From: Candidatus Taenariivivens baikalensis
Lineage (GTDB): Bacteria; Omnitrophota; Omnitrophia; Omnitrophales; Aquincolibacteriaceae
DNA length: 64,000 nucleotides
Direction of reading: 5' to 3'
Assembly: GCA_009691445.1 (NCBI GenBank)
Contig: SICL01000002.1
Span: 63 to 64,062 of the forward strand
Positions 17,622 through 27,624 of this stretch are shown here, piece by piece. Both the position numbers and the translations under genes were made by a program. The notes beneath the pieces are model-generated. The model did no database searches. It was not told the DNA's origin and saw only the letters and a program-made list of their open reading frames with translations. Position 1 is the first letter of the stretch, and the number at the start of each line of letters is the position of its first letter.

Positions 17622-19261
17622 GGGTTATCCCTCATGCGTTTGAAAAGATAGAAAGTCTCCTGATGAAATGCGGTGCGATAGCCCATTTCCTGGAGCTCGG
17701 ACAAAGTGGCTTCAAAGCCTTCATTTTCCCAATAGAGTTTATCGAGAATAACATAATCGGGCTGAAGTTGATGGACTTGCTTTAGCTTGGTAAGTGGACC
17801 GGAATATTCAAATTGGTAGACTTTAAAACGGTTTGCGAGTTGAGGGATAAAATTATTATGGGTTAATACGGAAGCGTTCTGCGGAATTTCCCGGAGTTTT
17901 CTTTTGACCATTTCCGTATGCGGCGTTGCATGAGCAAGGTCTTTCCAGATGAAAAAATATTCGGAAGGACCGGATCGGATGAGCCCGATGAAGATGAGAA
18001 GTCCTAAAAGCCAGCGTCTAAAAAGCGGATGGGAATGGCGCTGGATAAGCCCGCGAAATCCTTCGGTAGCAGAAATAAACAGAAAGGGCGCCATTCCTAT
18101 CGTGTAATGGTAACTTAACGAAAGCATCAGAGGATTCTGGCTGAGTATATTTTGAAACAGGATCGGAAAAGCAAGCATCAAAGTAGGGAAATGGAAAAGC
18201 GGCAAAAAAAGAAGCGGACTCAATAGTTTGAGGACATATTCCCACGCGTCCGCTCGTAAAAGGCTTTGAAGGATTCCCGAGAAGGGGTTGGAAGTGAATT
18301 GACGATAATTTTCCTGATAAAAATATTGTCCGTGATTAAAATGTGGCACGATCCACCGGATGCTTACTGCGAATAATGCGAGAGAAAAAAAGATAAGAAA
18401 AAACGAAAACCGTTTCCCCTTTTTTGCTGCCCAGGCATAAATCCCCATCATCAATGTAATTCCCGCCATATTTTCTTTGGCCATCCAGACGGGAATGAGG
18501 TACAGGATGGTTTGTGAAATTCTTTTCCTTTCGAGGGCAAAAAAGGACAGGAGCAAAAAAGGTTCAATGAGAACCTCGGGATGAAAGTCTTCATGCAGGG
18601 CGGAGCGTGTTGGAAGAAAGAAAAAGTAAATGACGGCAAGTAAAACGGCAAAGGTCTTATCCCCGGTTCGTTCAAAGGCCCAGGATCCAATCAAAAACAA
18701 ACAAGAGCCGGAAGCGATGGCTTGAAGGAGGAGCAGGCACTTAGGATCGCTCCAGAGGGCATAAAAAGGAACCACGGCGGCAAGGATTGGGCTGACATGA
18801 TCGCCGAGGAGACAAATGTCACCTTTGATGGATGAAAAAAGAAAATGTCCTTTCATCGTCGTCCAAACTGCCTGGGAAAAAATCCCCAAATCAAAAGCTC
18901 TTGTGGCCATCACCTCGTGACGGATAAAACCATTGAAGCTCATAAGAGACACGTAAAGAAAGAAGAGCGTCCCGAGAATCGCGCCTAGCGGAAGGGTATT
19001 TATCTTTTTCCATATTTGCGCGATTTGCAGCCCCCTAAATCTTTCAGAGAATTTCCAGCGAAGTAGGATCATTAAAATCGCAAAGCCACTGAGGCTGTAG
19101 CGCATCAGGTTTTCATAGTCGTTCTTTTTTCTAAGTTCGTGCATCAGCCCCATTTGAACGAGTGGAATGCCATTTGTCAGAAGAAAAAATGCAGTAATGA
19201 GAGCCGCAAAAAAAAGGCAAAAATCAAGTAGTGTGTGCTGCGATTTGAGGGGAACGGTCAT
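17618..19261 (-). CDS. DUF2079-family polytopic membrane protein (putative GT-C-like glycosyltransferase)
   Basis: 547 aa with more than 10 TM helices. Motifs RAFDLGIFSQAVW and GDHVSPILA match my recollection of DUF2079. The C-terminal domain is soluble. Confidence 0.55.
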   Translation of the reverse strand: MTVPLKSQHTLLDFCLFFAALITAFFLLTNGIPLVQMGLMHELRKKNDYENLMRYSLSGFAILMILLRWKFSERFRGLQIAQIWKKINTLPLGAILGTLFFLYVSLMSFNGFIRHEVMATRAFDLGIFSQAVWTTMKGHFLFSSIKGDICLLGDHVSPILAAVVPFYALWSDPKCLLLLQAIASGSCLFLIGSWAFERTGDKTFAVLLAVIYFFFLPTRSALHEDFHPEVLIEPFLLLSFFALERKRISQTILYLIPVWMAKENMAGITLMMGIYAWAAKKGKRFSFFLIFFSLALFAVSIRWIVPHFNHGQYFYQENYRQFTSNPFSGILQSLLRADAWEYVLKLLSPLLFLPLFHFPTLMLAFPILFQNILSQNPLMLSLSYHYTIGMAPFLFISATEGFRGLIQRHSHPLFRRWLLGLLIFIGLIRSGPSEYFFIWKDLAHATPHTEMVKRKLREIPQNASVLTHNNFIPQLANRFKVYQFEYSGPLTKLKQVHQLQPDYVILDKLYWENEGFEATLSELQEMGYRTAFHQETFYLFKRMRDNP

Positions 19262-19741
19262 ACGGACATACTAGTTTTTTTTACCGGAACAATTGTTAAA
19301 AAACTTTTTGTCATATCCATTATCAATGAGATCATAACATAGGATGCCACGATACCCATGAGGGGTTCAAGAGAAAAAACTGTGATTTTCCGTCAAATCC
19401 GCTTGAAAGCAGGACCTTTTTTGAGGTCATTGGGATACGCTGGCGGACTATCAGAATGGACGCATAATTTCCCTTTACTTCCCCAAACCATAAATGTAGT
19501 CTTCCCTGTCAAAGTTGTGCGGAATTTGAGATTGCTCATGGGCGCATTTTTATGTATATTCTTGCTGAACCTATGAGGAAATATCGGGTTCATTCGCATT
19601 CTAAATCCCGCAAAAAAAATTCAGGGATGACACCACACAAAACTCAGTGACCCAAAAGCATTTATAGCGGCTCATGAAATCCATCTGGAAATAATCCAAA
19701 GCTTGTGTCCCGTCTAAAAACTTGAAATACGGATGTGAAAA
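19262..19741. promoter_or_regulatory. 480-bp divergent intergenic region (probable promoters for the minus operon ending at 19261 and the plus CDP-sugar operon starting at 19742)
   Basis: Largest non-coding gap in the window. It is flanked by divergent operon starts, is AT-rich, and contains degenerate copies of the GAGATTGC/GTCATTG repeat motifs (around 19420 and 19526). Confidence 0.45.
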
Positions 19742-20518
19742 ATGAAAGTAGTCATATTGGCAGGGGGCCGGGGTTCTAGGATCAGTGAAGAAACGGAAGT
19801 TCTGCCTAAACCCATGATTGAAATCGGCGGGAAGCCCATGATATGGCACATCATGAAATTGTATTCTTTTTATGGCTACAATGAATTTATTGTCTGCCTG
19901 GGATATCGAGGTTACATGCTGAAAGAATATTTTTCTCATTATTTTATGCATATGAGTGATGTGACTATCGATTTATCCAGGAATGAAACGAAAATTCACA
20001 CCACCACCTCGGAACCGTGGAAAATCACGCTCGTGGACACAGGTTTGGAGACAATGACAGGAAGTCGAATCAAACGCGTACAGAAGTATGTCGGAAATCA
20101 CCCGTTCCTTTTGACTTATGGCGATGGCTTGTCGGATGTCAATATTAAAAAGTTAGTCCAATTTCACAAAAAAAATAAAGGCCTCGCGACATTAACCGCG
20201 ATACAGACTGCGGGGAGATTTGGCATCGTAAGCATTGACCAGGGCTCTAAGGTTTCTTCTTTCCTGGAAAAACCTACGGGAGGTGACCGCTGGATTAACG
20301 GGGGCTTCTTTGTGCTTGAACCTGAAATTTTTGATTTTATAAAAAACAATGATACGGTGGTTTGGGAAAGTGAGCCTTTAGAGAATCTAGCAAAAAAAGG
20401 TAAATTGCGTGCCTATAAACACCCCGGATTTTGGGGCTGCATGGATACTTTGCGCGATAAAATAAATTTTGAGCGAATTTGGCAATCAGGAAACATTCCC
20501 TGGAAAGTGTGGCAATAG
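19742..20518 (+). CDS. rfbF: Glucose-1-phosphate cytidylyltransferase
   Basis: 258 aa. Starts MKVVILAGGRGSRISEETEVLPKPMIEIGGKPMIWHIMK and shows RfbF/DdhA-type similarity end to end. Confidence 0.92.
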   Translation: MKVVILAGGRGSRISEETEVLPKPMIEIGGKPMIWHIMKLYSFYGYNEFIVCLGYRGYMLKEYFSHYFMHMSDVTIDLSRNETKIHTTTSEPWKITLVDTGLETMTGSRIKRVQKYVGNHPFLLTYGDGLSDVNIKKLVQFHKKNKGLATLTAIQTAGRFGIVSIDQGSKVSSFLEKPTGGDRWINGGFFVLEPEIFDFIKNNDTVVWESEPLENLAKKGKLRAYKHPGFWGCMDTLRDKINFERIWQSGNIPWKVWQ

Positions 20519-20523
20519 TATCT

Positions 20524-21513
20524 ATGGATAAAAAATTCTGGAAGAATAAAAAAGTGCTCGTCACTGGTTTCGAAGGTTTCCTCGGTTCGAATTTGACTGG
20601 AAAGCTTATTTCTTTAGGAGCTGCTGTTTGGGGTCTCGATATAAAAGTGAGACGGAAAGAAACAATTCTTACTCCCAATGATTACAAGAGAATAAAAGTC
20701 ATTAAGGGAGATGTGGCTAATAGCCCACTCCTTAAAAAAATCATCCGAAAAAATAAGATACAAATTGTTTTTCATTTAGCCGCCGAAGCTCTGGTGGGCA
20801 AAGGTTATGATGCTCCCCTAAAAGCATTTAAATCCAATATCGCCGGAACCTGGAGCGTCCTTGAAGCTTGCCGTCTCGCGGAGAACTTGGAAGCGATCAT
20901 CGTTGCCTCAAGTGATAAGGCTTATGGGGCACACAAAAACTTACCCTACAAAGAAAATTTTTCGCTGAACGGATGTTATCCTTATGATGTTTCAAAAAGC
21001 TGTACTGATTTGCTGACGAACACGTATTTTCACACCTATGGGCTTCCGGTATCCATCACCCGTTGCGGGAATATATTTGGGCCCGGAGATTTTAATTTTA
21101 GCCGTCTTGTCCCCGATGCCGTCAGGTGCTTAATACGAAATAAAACATTGAAGATACGAAGCGATGGGACTTTTGTTCGTGATTATGTTTATGTTGAGGA
21201 CATCGTCGCGGGTTACATGAGGATTGCGGAACTTCTTAAGAAGAAAAATCTTTCGGGCGAAGCATTCAACTTCAGTTATGAAAAGCCCCTATCGGTAGTC
21301 CATTTATTAGAAGAGATCGATAAGCTTCATTTCTCCTCGCAGAAGTTAAACCGTCAAATCCTTAACAAGGCCAGGTATGAGATAAAAGAACAGTATCTTT
21401 CCGCGGCAAAAGCCAGACGTGTTTTGGGTTGGAAACCCGAATTCACTTTACGTAGCGGGCTGAAGAAAACAATCGCCTGGTTCTATCACAATAAAAAACT
21501 CCAACCGCAATAG
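20524..21513 (+). CDS. rfbG: CDP-glucose 4,6-dehydratase
   Basis: The start MDKKFWKNKKVLVTGFEGFLGSNL at 20524 is chosen to avoid overlap. It has the SDR Rossmann motif and YxxxK, matches RfbG/DdhB-type sequence, and follows rfbF. Confidence 0.85.
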   Translation: MDKKFWKNKKVLVTGFEGFLGSNLTGKLISLGAAVWGLDIKVRRKETILTPNDYKRIKVIKGDVANSPLLKKIIRKNKIQIVFHLAAEALVGKGYDAPLKAFKSNIAGTWSVLEACRLAENLEAIIVASSDKAYGAHKNLPYKENFSLNGCYPYDVSKSCTDLLTNTYFHTYGLPVSITRCGNIFGPGDFNFSRLVPDAVRCLIRNKTLKIRSDGTFVRDYVYVEDIVAGYMRIAELLKKKNLSGEAFNFSYEKPLSVVHLLEEIDKLHFSSQKLNRQILNKARYEIKEQYLSAAKARRVLGWKPEFTLRSGLKKTIAWFYHNKKLQPQ

Positions 21514-21514
21514 G

Positions 21515-22585
21515 ATGAATCTCTCAATGCGAAATCAAATTATTTGCGAGGACCTGGAGTTTATCGCAAAAGCGCCTATCCCCTGGAAAGATTTGGAGGG
21601 GAAGAATATACTTATCACTGGCGCAACTGGCTTCCTCCCCGCATATATGATCGAACTGCTATTATTTCTGAACGATAATTTTTTTCAAAAAAAAGTGCAA
21701 ATATTTGCATTAGCACGCAACAAAATGAAAGTTCTTGATCGATTCCAGAATTATGGGAAAAGACCCGACCTTAATTTTTTAATTCAAGATGTCTGCCTGC
21801 CCATCATCGACGAAGGAACAAGGTTTGATTTTGTGATTCACGCCGCAAGCCTAGCGAGTCCCAAGTTTTATGGCGTTGATCCCGTCGGGACTATTTTGGC
21901 CAACACCGTTGGGACAGCAAATCTTTTGGCTTTGGCTGAGAAACACAAGAGTGAGGCTTTTTTATTTTTCAGCAGCGCTGAAGTCTACGGAGATATAAGC
22001 TCCGATCGAATGCCCATCCGGGAGGATTGCTTTGGTCCTCTGGATCCCCTGCTTATTCGTTCCTGTTATGCTGAAGGTAAGCGGGCCGGAGAAAATATGT
22101 GTATTTCATGGAGCCAGCAATATGGACTCCCCGTGAAAATCATCCGCCCTTTTCATACTTATGGTCCTGGTATGAGTCTTGACGACGGAAGGGTTTTTGC
22201 CGATTTTGTTTCTGATATCGTCCACGGAAGGAATATCCAAATGACGAGCGATGGAAGTGCCGTACGAGCGTTTTGTTATCTCGCTGACGCAGTTGTGGGC
22301 TTTTTCATGGTTCTTCTAAAAGGAAGTCCTGCCCAGGCTTATAATATCGGAAACGATTTGTGTAAAACCAGCATTGTGGAACTTGCCGAGTTGCTGATCG
22401 GTATTTTTCCTGAAAAGCGTTTGAAGGTTGTTCCCAGTAAAGCTGTGAATTCTCCGGGATACATCAAGAGCAAAATTTCCGTAAGCGTTCCTGATACCTG
22501 CAAAATCAGGGCATTAGGGTGGAGCCCCTCATACTCATTAAAAGAAGGTTTTGCACGAACAATCAGGAGCTTTTCGGGTGAATAA
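21515..22585 (+). CDS. NAD(P)-dependent epimerase/dehydratase-family protein (extended SDR; CDP-sugar reductase/epimerase candidate)
   Basis: 356 aa. ILITGATGFLPAYMIE Rossmann motif and a YAEGKRAGE catalytic region. It sits between rfbG and rfbH, as in CDP-dideoxyhexose loci. Exact specificity not assignable. Confidence 0.6.
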   Translation: MNLSMRNQIICEDLEFIAKAPIPWKDLEGKNILITGATGFLPAYMIELLLFLNDNFFQKKVQIFALARNKMKVLDRFQNYGKRPDLNFLIQDVCLPIIDEGTRFDFVIHAASLASPKFYGVDPVGTILANTVGTANLLALAEKHKSEAFLFFSSAEVYGDISSDRMPIREDCFGPLDPLLIRSCYAEGKRAGENMCISWSQQYGLPVKIIRPFHTYGPGMSLDDGRVFADFVSDIVHGRNIQMTSDGSAVRAFCYLADAVVGFFMVLLKGSPAQAYNIGNDLCKTSIVELAELLIGIFPEKRLKVVPSKAVNSPGYIKSKISVSVPDTCKIRALGWSPSYSLKEGFARTIRSFSGE

Positions 22586-23504
22586 ACTGTCGCAGATTGA
22601 GAGTGCCTACCGAGCGGGGTCTCTTCCTAAAAAAACGTACATTAAAAAGATGCATGAACGCCATCTTCTTCTTTGGGAGCATTCGGAGTTCCTCCAGAAT
22701 AAAAATATTGAATCCATCATCATGGACCATCAACGCATCGTCGTCAGGACAAAAAGCGGGGTGCGCTTGATCTGCGATCCTCAAGACAAGCGGCACATGT
22801 TCATGGAGATTTTAAACTTCAATGACTATGAAGCCGCTGAACTCAAAATGATGAAACTCCTTTTGAAGAAAAACAGCATCATCCTTGATATTGGTGCCAA
22901 TGTTGGTTGGTATTCTATCCATCTTGCAAGGCAAGTTCCCCAAGGCAAGATCTTCGCTTTTGAACCCATTCCGCGAACTTATGATTTTTTAACAGAAAAT
23001 ATCGCATTAAACGGTCTGACCAATATCAAAACCTATAAGATTGGATTTTCCGACAAAGCCGGTTTTTTCAATTTTTACTATAATCGCGATTACCCAACCG
23101 CGACTTCGCTGAAAGATATTATGCAAGGAAATGATGTCGCTTTGGTAAAATGCCGCGTGGAAAGGCTGGATGATTTTTTAAAAAAACACCGTATTAAGCA
23201 TTTCGATTTCATTAAGTGTGACGTCGAAGGCGCCGAAAAGTTCGTGATCGAGGGTGGCTCACAAGCCATTGCGGAAAACAAGCCGATTATTTTTTTAGAA
23301 TTGCTCCGGAAGTGGTCTGCTAAGTTTAATTACCATCCCAATGACGTGATCAACGCTCTTGCCCACATCGGCTATGCCTGCTGCGAGATCGCTGAAACCA
23401 GGCTCCAACAGATCGAAAAAATCACCGATGCCACTGAATCGACCAATTTTTATTTTCTCCACAAAACCCACCACGCCAGTTTATTGAGAAAGTTCGCTCG
23501 ATAG
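22551..23504 (+). CDS. FkbM-family SAM-dependent methyltransferase
   Basis: LDIGANVGWYS and FAFEPIPRTYDFLTENIALNG motifs are typical of FkbM methyltransferases. The start is ambiguous: ATG 22551 (35-nt overlap), GTG 22578 or ATG 22650. Confidence 0.75.
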   Translation: MHEQSGAFRVNKLSQIESAYRAGSLPKKTYIKKMHERHLLLWEHSEFLQNKNIESIIMDHQRIVVRTKSGVRLICDPQDKRHMFMEILNFNDYEAAELKMMKLLLKKNSIILDIGANVGWYSIHLARQVPQGKIFAFEPIPRTYDFLTENIALNGLTNIKTYKIGFSDKAGFFNFYYNRDYPTATSLKDIMQGNDVALVKCRVERLDDFLKKHRIKHFDFIKCDVEGAEKFVIEGGSQAIAENKPIIFLELLRKWSAKFNYHPNDVINALAHIGYACCEIAETRLQQIEKITDATESTNFYFLHKTHHASLLRKFAR

Positions 23505-23506
23505 TT

Positions 23507-24889
23507 ATGGAAAAAGAAATCAGAAAAAAAATTCACTTACTAGTGAGATCTCTGATCAAGCGCCGACTTGCTAAACAGCGGTTTGTGCCTGGCACCTCCC
23601 CCGTCCATTATTCCGGGAGGGTTTATGATGAAAAAGAGGTGATAAATCTAGTCGACGCTTCATTGGATTTCTGGCTCACAGCGGGACGATTCGCCGAAGA
23701 ATTCGAACGAAAACTGGCGAAGTTTATCGGTGTACGCTTTTGCCTTCTGACCAACTCCGGATCCTCAGCAAATCTTTTGGCGCTATCCGCGCTTACTTCC
23801 CCTCTATTAAAAGAGAGACGGCTGAAACCCGGGGATGAGGTCATTACCACCGCGTGCGGTTTTCCCACCACACTCAATCCAATGCTACAAAACAATTTGA
23901 TCCCGGTTTTCGTTGATATAGACCTTAAAACCTACAATATTGATGCGAAAAAGATTGAGCGCGCGATAAGTAAAAAAACAAAAGCCATTTTTTTAGCGCA
24001 TACACTCGGCAATCCGGCCAACCTTCTGCTGATCAAAAAAATGGCGGAAAAATATCATTTGTGGGTGATTGAGGATAATTGTGACGCTTTGGGCGCTCAA
24101 TACTCGGGAAAACATACGGGCTCTTTCGGAGACATTGCCACGTTCAGCTTTTATCCTGCGCATCATATTACCATGGGGGAAGGTGGCGCCGTTGTGACCG
24201 ACAATCCTCAGTTGCGCAGGATCCTGCTTTCTTTCAGGGATTGGGGGCGGGATTGTTTTTGTGATCCGGGGAAGGACAATACCTGCGGAAGGAGATTTGG
24301 TCAAAAATTCGCCAAGCTACCCTTCGGATATGATCACAAATACGTCTATTCGCATATCGGCTATAACCTCAAGGCGACCGACATGCAAGCTTCGATCGGT
24401 GTCGCACAAATGGATAAGCTTCCCTCGTTCATAAAAATGCGACGCGAAAACTTTCAACGCCTCCGTGACCACCTTGACAAATACCGCCGTTTTTTCCATT
24501 TTGTTGAAGCGGCAGCTCATTCGCAGCCGAGTTGGTTTGGATTCCCCCTCTTAATCAAGAAATCAGCTCCTTTTTCCAGAGGAGAGATTGTTTCCTACTT
24601 GGAACAGCGAAAGATCGCCACGCGCATGCTTTTTGGCGGAAATTTAACGAAACAGCCCGCGTACAAGGATTCTAAATACCGCATTGCCGGCAGCTTGAAG
24701 AATACGGATTTAGTGATGAACGATTTGTTTTGGATAGGCGTCTATCCAGGCTTAGATTCCGATCAACTTTCCTATGTCCTTAGCGCTTTTGATGATTTTC
24801 TCAAGCAGTGCACTCAAAAGAAAAAAGACATCCATCGAGTGCCTGCCACTTCATCCAGTTGTCCTTGCGGGGAGGCCATAGGCCAATGA
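23507..24889 (+). CDS. rfbH: CDP-6-deoxy-D-xylo-4-hexulose 3-dehydrase (E1, PMP-dependent; RfbH/DdhC/AscC family)
   Basis: 460 aa in the DegT fold. The position that is the PLP lysine in DegT aminotransferases is His (YSHIGYNLKATD). It has the RfbH-specific DWGRDCFCDPGKDNTCGRRFG motif. Confidence 0.85.
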   Translation: MEKEIRKKIHLLVRSLIKRRLAKQRFVPGTSPVHYSGRVYDEKEVINLVDASLDFWLTAGRFAEEFERKLAKFIGVRFCLLTNSGSSANLLALSALTSPLLKERRLKPGDEVITTACGFPTTLNPMLQNNLIPVFVDIDLKTYNIDAKKIERAISKKTKAIFLAHTLGNPANLLLIKKMAEKYHLWVIEDNCDALGAQYSGKHTGSFGDIATFSFYPAHHITMGEGGAVVTDNPQLRRILLSFRDWGRDCFCDPGKDNTCGRRFGQKFAKLPFGYDHKYVYSHIGYNLKATDMQASIGVAQMDKLPSFIKMRRENFQRLRDHLDKYRRFFHFVEAAAHSQPSWFGFPLLIKKSAPFSRGEIVSYLEQRKIATRMLFGGNLTKQPAYKDSKYRIAGSLKNTDLVMNDLFWIGVYPGLDSDQLSYVLSAFDDFLKQCTQKKKDIHRVPATSSSCPCGEAIGQ

Positions 24890-25812
24890 ATCTCATCAGC
24901 GTGATTACCCCGTGCTACAACGAAGAAAAAAATGTTGAGGATCTTTATCTTCAAGTCAAAGCAGTGTTTCAGGGCCTCAAATATCAGTACGAGCATATTT
25001 TTATTGATAATGCTTCCACGGATGGGACCATCACCATCTTGAAACGACTTGCACAAGCCGATAATAATCTGAAGATCATTATCAACTCTAAAAATTTCGG
25101 ATGGGTACGCTCACCTTTTTATGGAATGCTGCAGGGGCACGGGGCTGCTGTGGTTTTATTAGCGTCGGATCTGCAAGATCCGCCGGGGCTCATCATCGAA
25201 TTCATAAAAAAGTGGGAAGAGGGTTATAAAATAGTCCTTGGAGTTAAAACCAAAAGTAAAGAACCCGCCCTGATTTACAAGGCAAGAAGTTTGTACTATG
25301 GGCTCTACAATAAACTCTCTGAAAATGAGATTGTGCGGCACAGTACGGGTTTTGGACTGTACGATAAGACCATCATAGAAATCTTCCGGCAGTTAAAGGA
25401 ACCCTACCCATTTCTAAAGAGCTTGATCCCTGAAATAGGTTTCAAGAAGGCAACGGTTGAATATATACAGGAAAAAAGGGAAAAAGGCATTTCATCGAGT
25501 AGTCTTTATCGACTCTATGACGTTGCAATTCATGGAATCATTAGCGATTCCAGGGTGCTTATCCGAGGCGCAACGCTGTTTGGATTTCTTGCGTCTGCCC
25601 TCAGTCTTTTAATCGCTATTGCGTATTTGATTTTAAAAATAACTTTGTGGGAAAGATTTCAATTGGGTATCGCCTCGGTGGCAATAGGCGTTTTCTTTTT
25701 CGCGTCCGTGCAGCTTTTTTTCATTGGAATCATTGGTGAATATGTCGGAGCAATCTATACGCATGTCAAAGACAGACCGCTTGTTATCGAAAAGGAAAGA
25801 ATAAATTTTTAG
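24886..25812 (+). CDS. Polyprenyl-phosphate glycosyltransferase (GT2, GtrB/ArnC/Dpm1-like, C-terminal TM pair)
   Basis: The start MNLISVITPCYNEEKNVEDL overlaps the rfbH stop (ATGA). It has the GT2 core plus two C-terminal TM helices, as in bactoprenol glucosyltransferase GtrB and ArnC. Confidence 0.8.
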   Translation: MNLISVITPCYNEEKNVEDLYLQVKAVFQGLKYQYEHIFIDNASTDGTITILKRLAQADNNLKIIINSKNFGWVRSPFYGMLQGHGAAVVLLASDLQDPPGLIIEFIKKWEEGYKIVLGVKTKSKEPALIYKARSLYYGLYNKLSENEIVRHSTGFGLYDKTIIEIFRQLKEPYPFLKSLIPEIGFKKATVEYIQEKREKGISSSSLYRLYDVAIHGIISDSRVLIRGATLFGFLASALSLLIAIAYLILKITLWERFQLGIASVAIGVFFFASVQLFFIGIIGEYVGAIYTHVKDRPLVIEKERINF

Positions 25813-25894
25813 CTGCCATCCAGCAAGAGTTGCATGAAACGGATCTGTCAGCCGGTTCGTAGGACACTTTCCAGAAAGTCGAGAAAATATTCAG

Positions 25895-26701
25895 ATGAAG
25901 AAAACGGACGATTTTGCCTTCCAGTTGAGGGAAATCATATTACGCCAATCGAAGCGAGCGAATGCGGGTCATATTGGCAGCTCCCTTTCAATCGCCGACT
26001 TGATCGCTGTACTTTATAGCGAAGTTCTTGGTCCCATTGGGCCTCGTCGCGAGCCTGATCGAGATCGTTTTGTGTTATCCAAGGGGCACGCGGCTCTCGC
26101 GCTCTATGGGGCACTCTATCTGAAGGGAGTTTTTGATCAATCCATTCTTGATACTTATTGCGCTGACGGTTCTCTTTTGGGAGTTCATCCTGAGCATGCT
26201 CTCGACGGAGTGGATTTTTGTACGGGTTCCCTTGGCATGGGATTTTCATTCGCGGTAGGGGCAGCGCTGGCCGCCAAGCTGTCAGGATCCAAACGGCGGA
26301 TTTTTGTTCTTCTCAGCGATGCTGAATGCAACGAAGGTGTGGTCTGGGAGGCCGCCCTTTTTGCCGCACATCACCGTCTTTCTAATCTGGTCGCAATATT
26401 GGATCTCAATGGCCAGCAAGCATTGGGTTATACCCGGGATGTCCTGGATCTCACCTCAATTTCTAAAAAATGGCAAGCCTTCGGATGGATCGCACGCGAT
26501 CTGGATGGACACGATCGAACTGAGATCGCCCGGGCGATTTCAGAACACAACTTTGCGTTAGGATCCCCTGCAATATTAATCGCAAAAACAATCTTCGGTA
26601 AAGGGGTTTCCTTCATGGAAAACCGTATTCCGTGGCATTACTTGTCGCTCAATGACGAACAGTACGCTGTTGCTTTGCGTGACATAGGCGTAGAGCCATG
26701 A
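25895..26701 (+). CDS. Transketolase, N-terminal (TPP-binding) subunit of a split transketolase
   Basis: 268 aa. Motifs GHIGSSLSIADL and GHAALALYGALYLKG. 4-bp overlap with the C-terminal subunit gene. Confidence 0.85.
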   Translation: MKKTDDFAFQLREIILRQSKRANAGHIGSSLSIADLIAVLYSEVLGPIGPRREPDRDRFVLSKGHAALALYGALYLKGVFDQSILDTYCADGSLLGVHPEHALDGVDFCTGSLGMGFSFAVGAALAAKLSGSKRRIFVLLSDAECNEGVVWEAALFAAHHRLSNLVAILDLNGQQALGYTRDVLDLTSISKKWQAFGWIARDLDGHDRTEIARAISEHNFALGSPAILIAKTIFGKGVSFMENRIPWHYLSLNDEQYAVALRDIGVEP

Positions 26702-27624
26702 GAAACGCATTTGCAAGCACGATACTGGATATTGCCCAGATGGAACCACGCGTCCTTCTCCTGACGGGAGATCTTGGATTCATGGTCCTGGAACCCTTTC
26801 AAAAACGTTATCCCGAGAGGTTTATTAATGTTGGCGTTTCTGAACAAAATCTTTTGGGTTTGGCGACTGGCTTGGCGGAGGCGGGTTGGATTCCTTACGT
26901 CTATTCGATTGCAAATTTTATAGCGCTTCGTCCGTACGAATTTATTCGCAACGGTCCGGTATTGCATCGTTTACCGGTTCGAATCGTTGGAATCGGAGAT
27001 GGATTTGATTACGGACATGCCGGCCCGACCCATTTGAGCATTGATGATGTGGGCGTGCTTCGAACGCTTCCGGGTATGGAGATCATTGCGCCGGCCACGC
27101 CCGGTCAAGCGCGTGAGGCATTGCTCAAGACTTATGCCTCGCAGGGTCCGATCTATTATCGTCTCGGGAAATCCGCGGGAGGAACATTGCCTCCGGTCGA
27201 ATTTCATTCAGGGAAAGTTGAATGGCTCCGCAACGGCAAAGATGTTGTTTTGCTGACCATGGGAGGTATTGCTGCCGAGGCTTTGAGCGCCGCTGCACAG
27301 CTGGAAGCCCTCGGAATTTCTGCGGCTGTTATCGCTGTCGCTCACATATCCCCGACTCCCCAAAATGCTCTTTTTGAGGTCTTGAAAAAATTTCCTCTGG
27401 CCGCCACGATTGAAGCTCATTCTGTTCAAGGCGGATTGGGCTCGATGGTTGCCGAAGTGATCGCTGAGGGACAAATGGTCTGCCGCCTGTTGCGCTTTGG
27501 CGTTAGGAAGCCGTTTGACGGTAGATCCGGTTCCCTTAAGTGGTTACTTCGCGAACATGGCCTGGATGCTGCATCTGTATCGAGCACTCTCCATAAAATG
27601 ATTAGAAATATTGGGGAACAATGA
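26698..27624 (+). CDS. Transketolase, C-terminal (pyrimidine-binding/transketolase C) subunit
   Basis: 308 aa. EQNLLGLATGLAEAGWIPYV plus a C-terminal transketolase-C domain. Overlaps the next gene start. Confidence 0.85.
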   Translation: MRNAFASTILDIAQMEPRVLLLTGDLGFMVLEPFQKRYPERFINVGVSEQNLLGLATGLAEAGWIPYVYSIANFIALRPYEFIRNGPVLHRLPVRIVGIGDGFDYGHAGPTHLSIDDVGVLRTLPGMEIIAPATPGQAREALLKTYASQGPIYYRLGKSAGGTLPPVEFHSGKVEWLRNGKDVVLLTMGGIAAEALSAAAQLEALGISAAVIAVAHISPTPQNALFEVLKKFPLAATIEAHSVQGGLGSMVAEVIAEGQMVCRLLRFGVRKPFDGRSGSLKWLLREHGLDAASVSSTLHKMIRNIGEQ

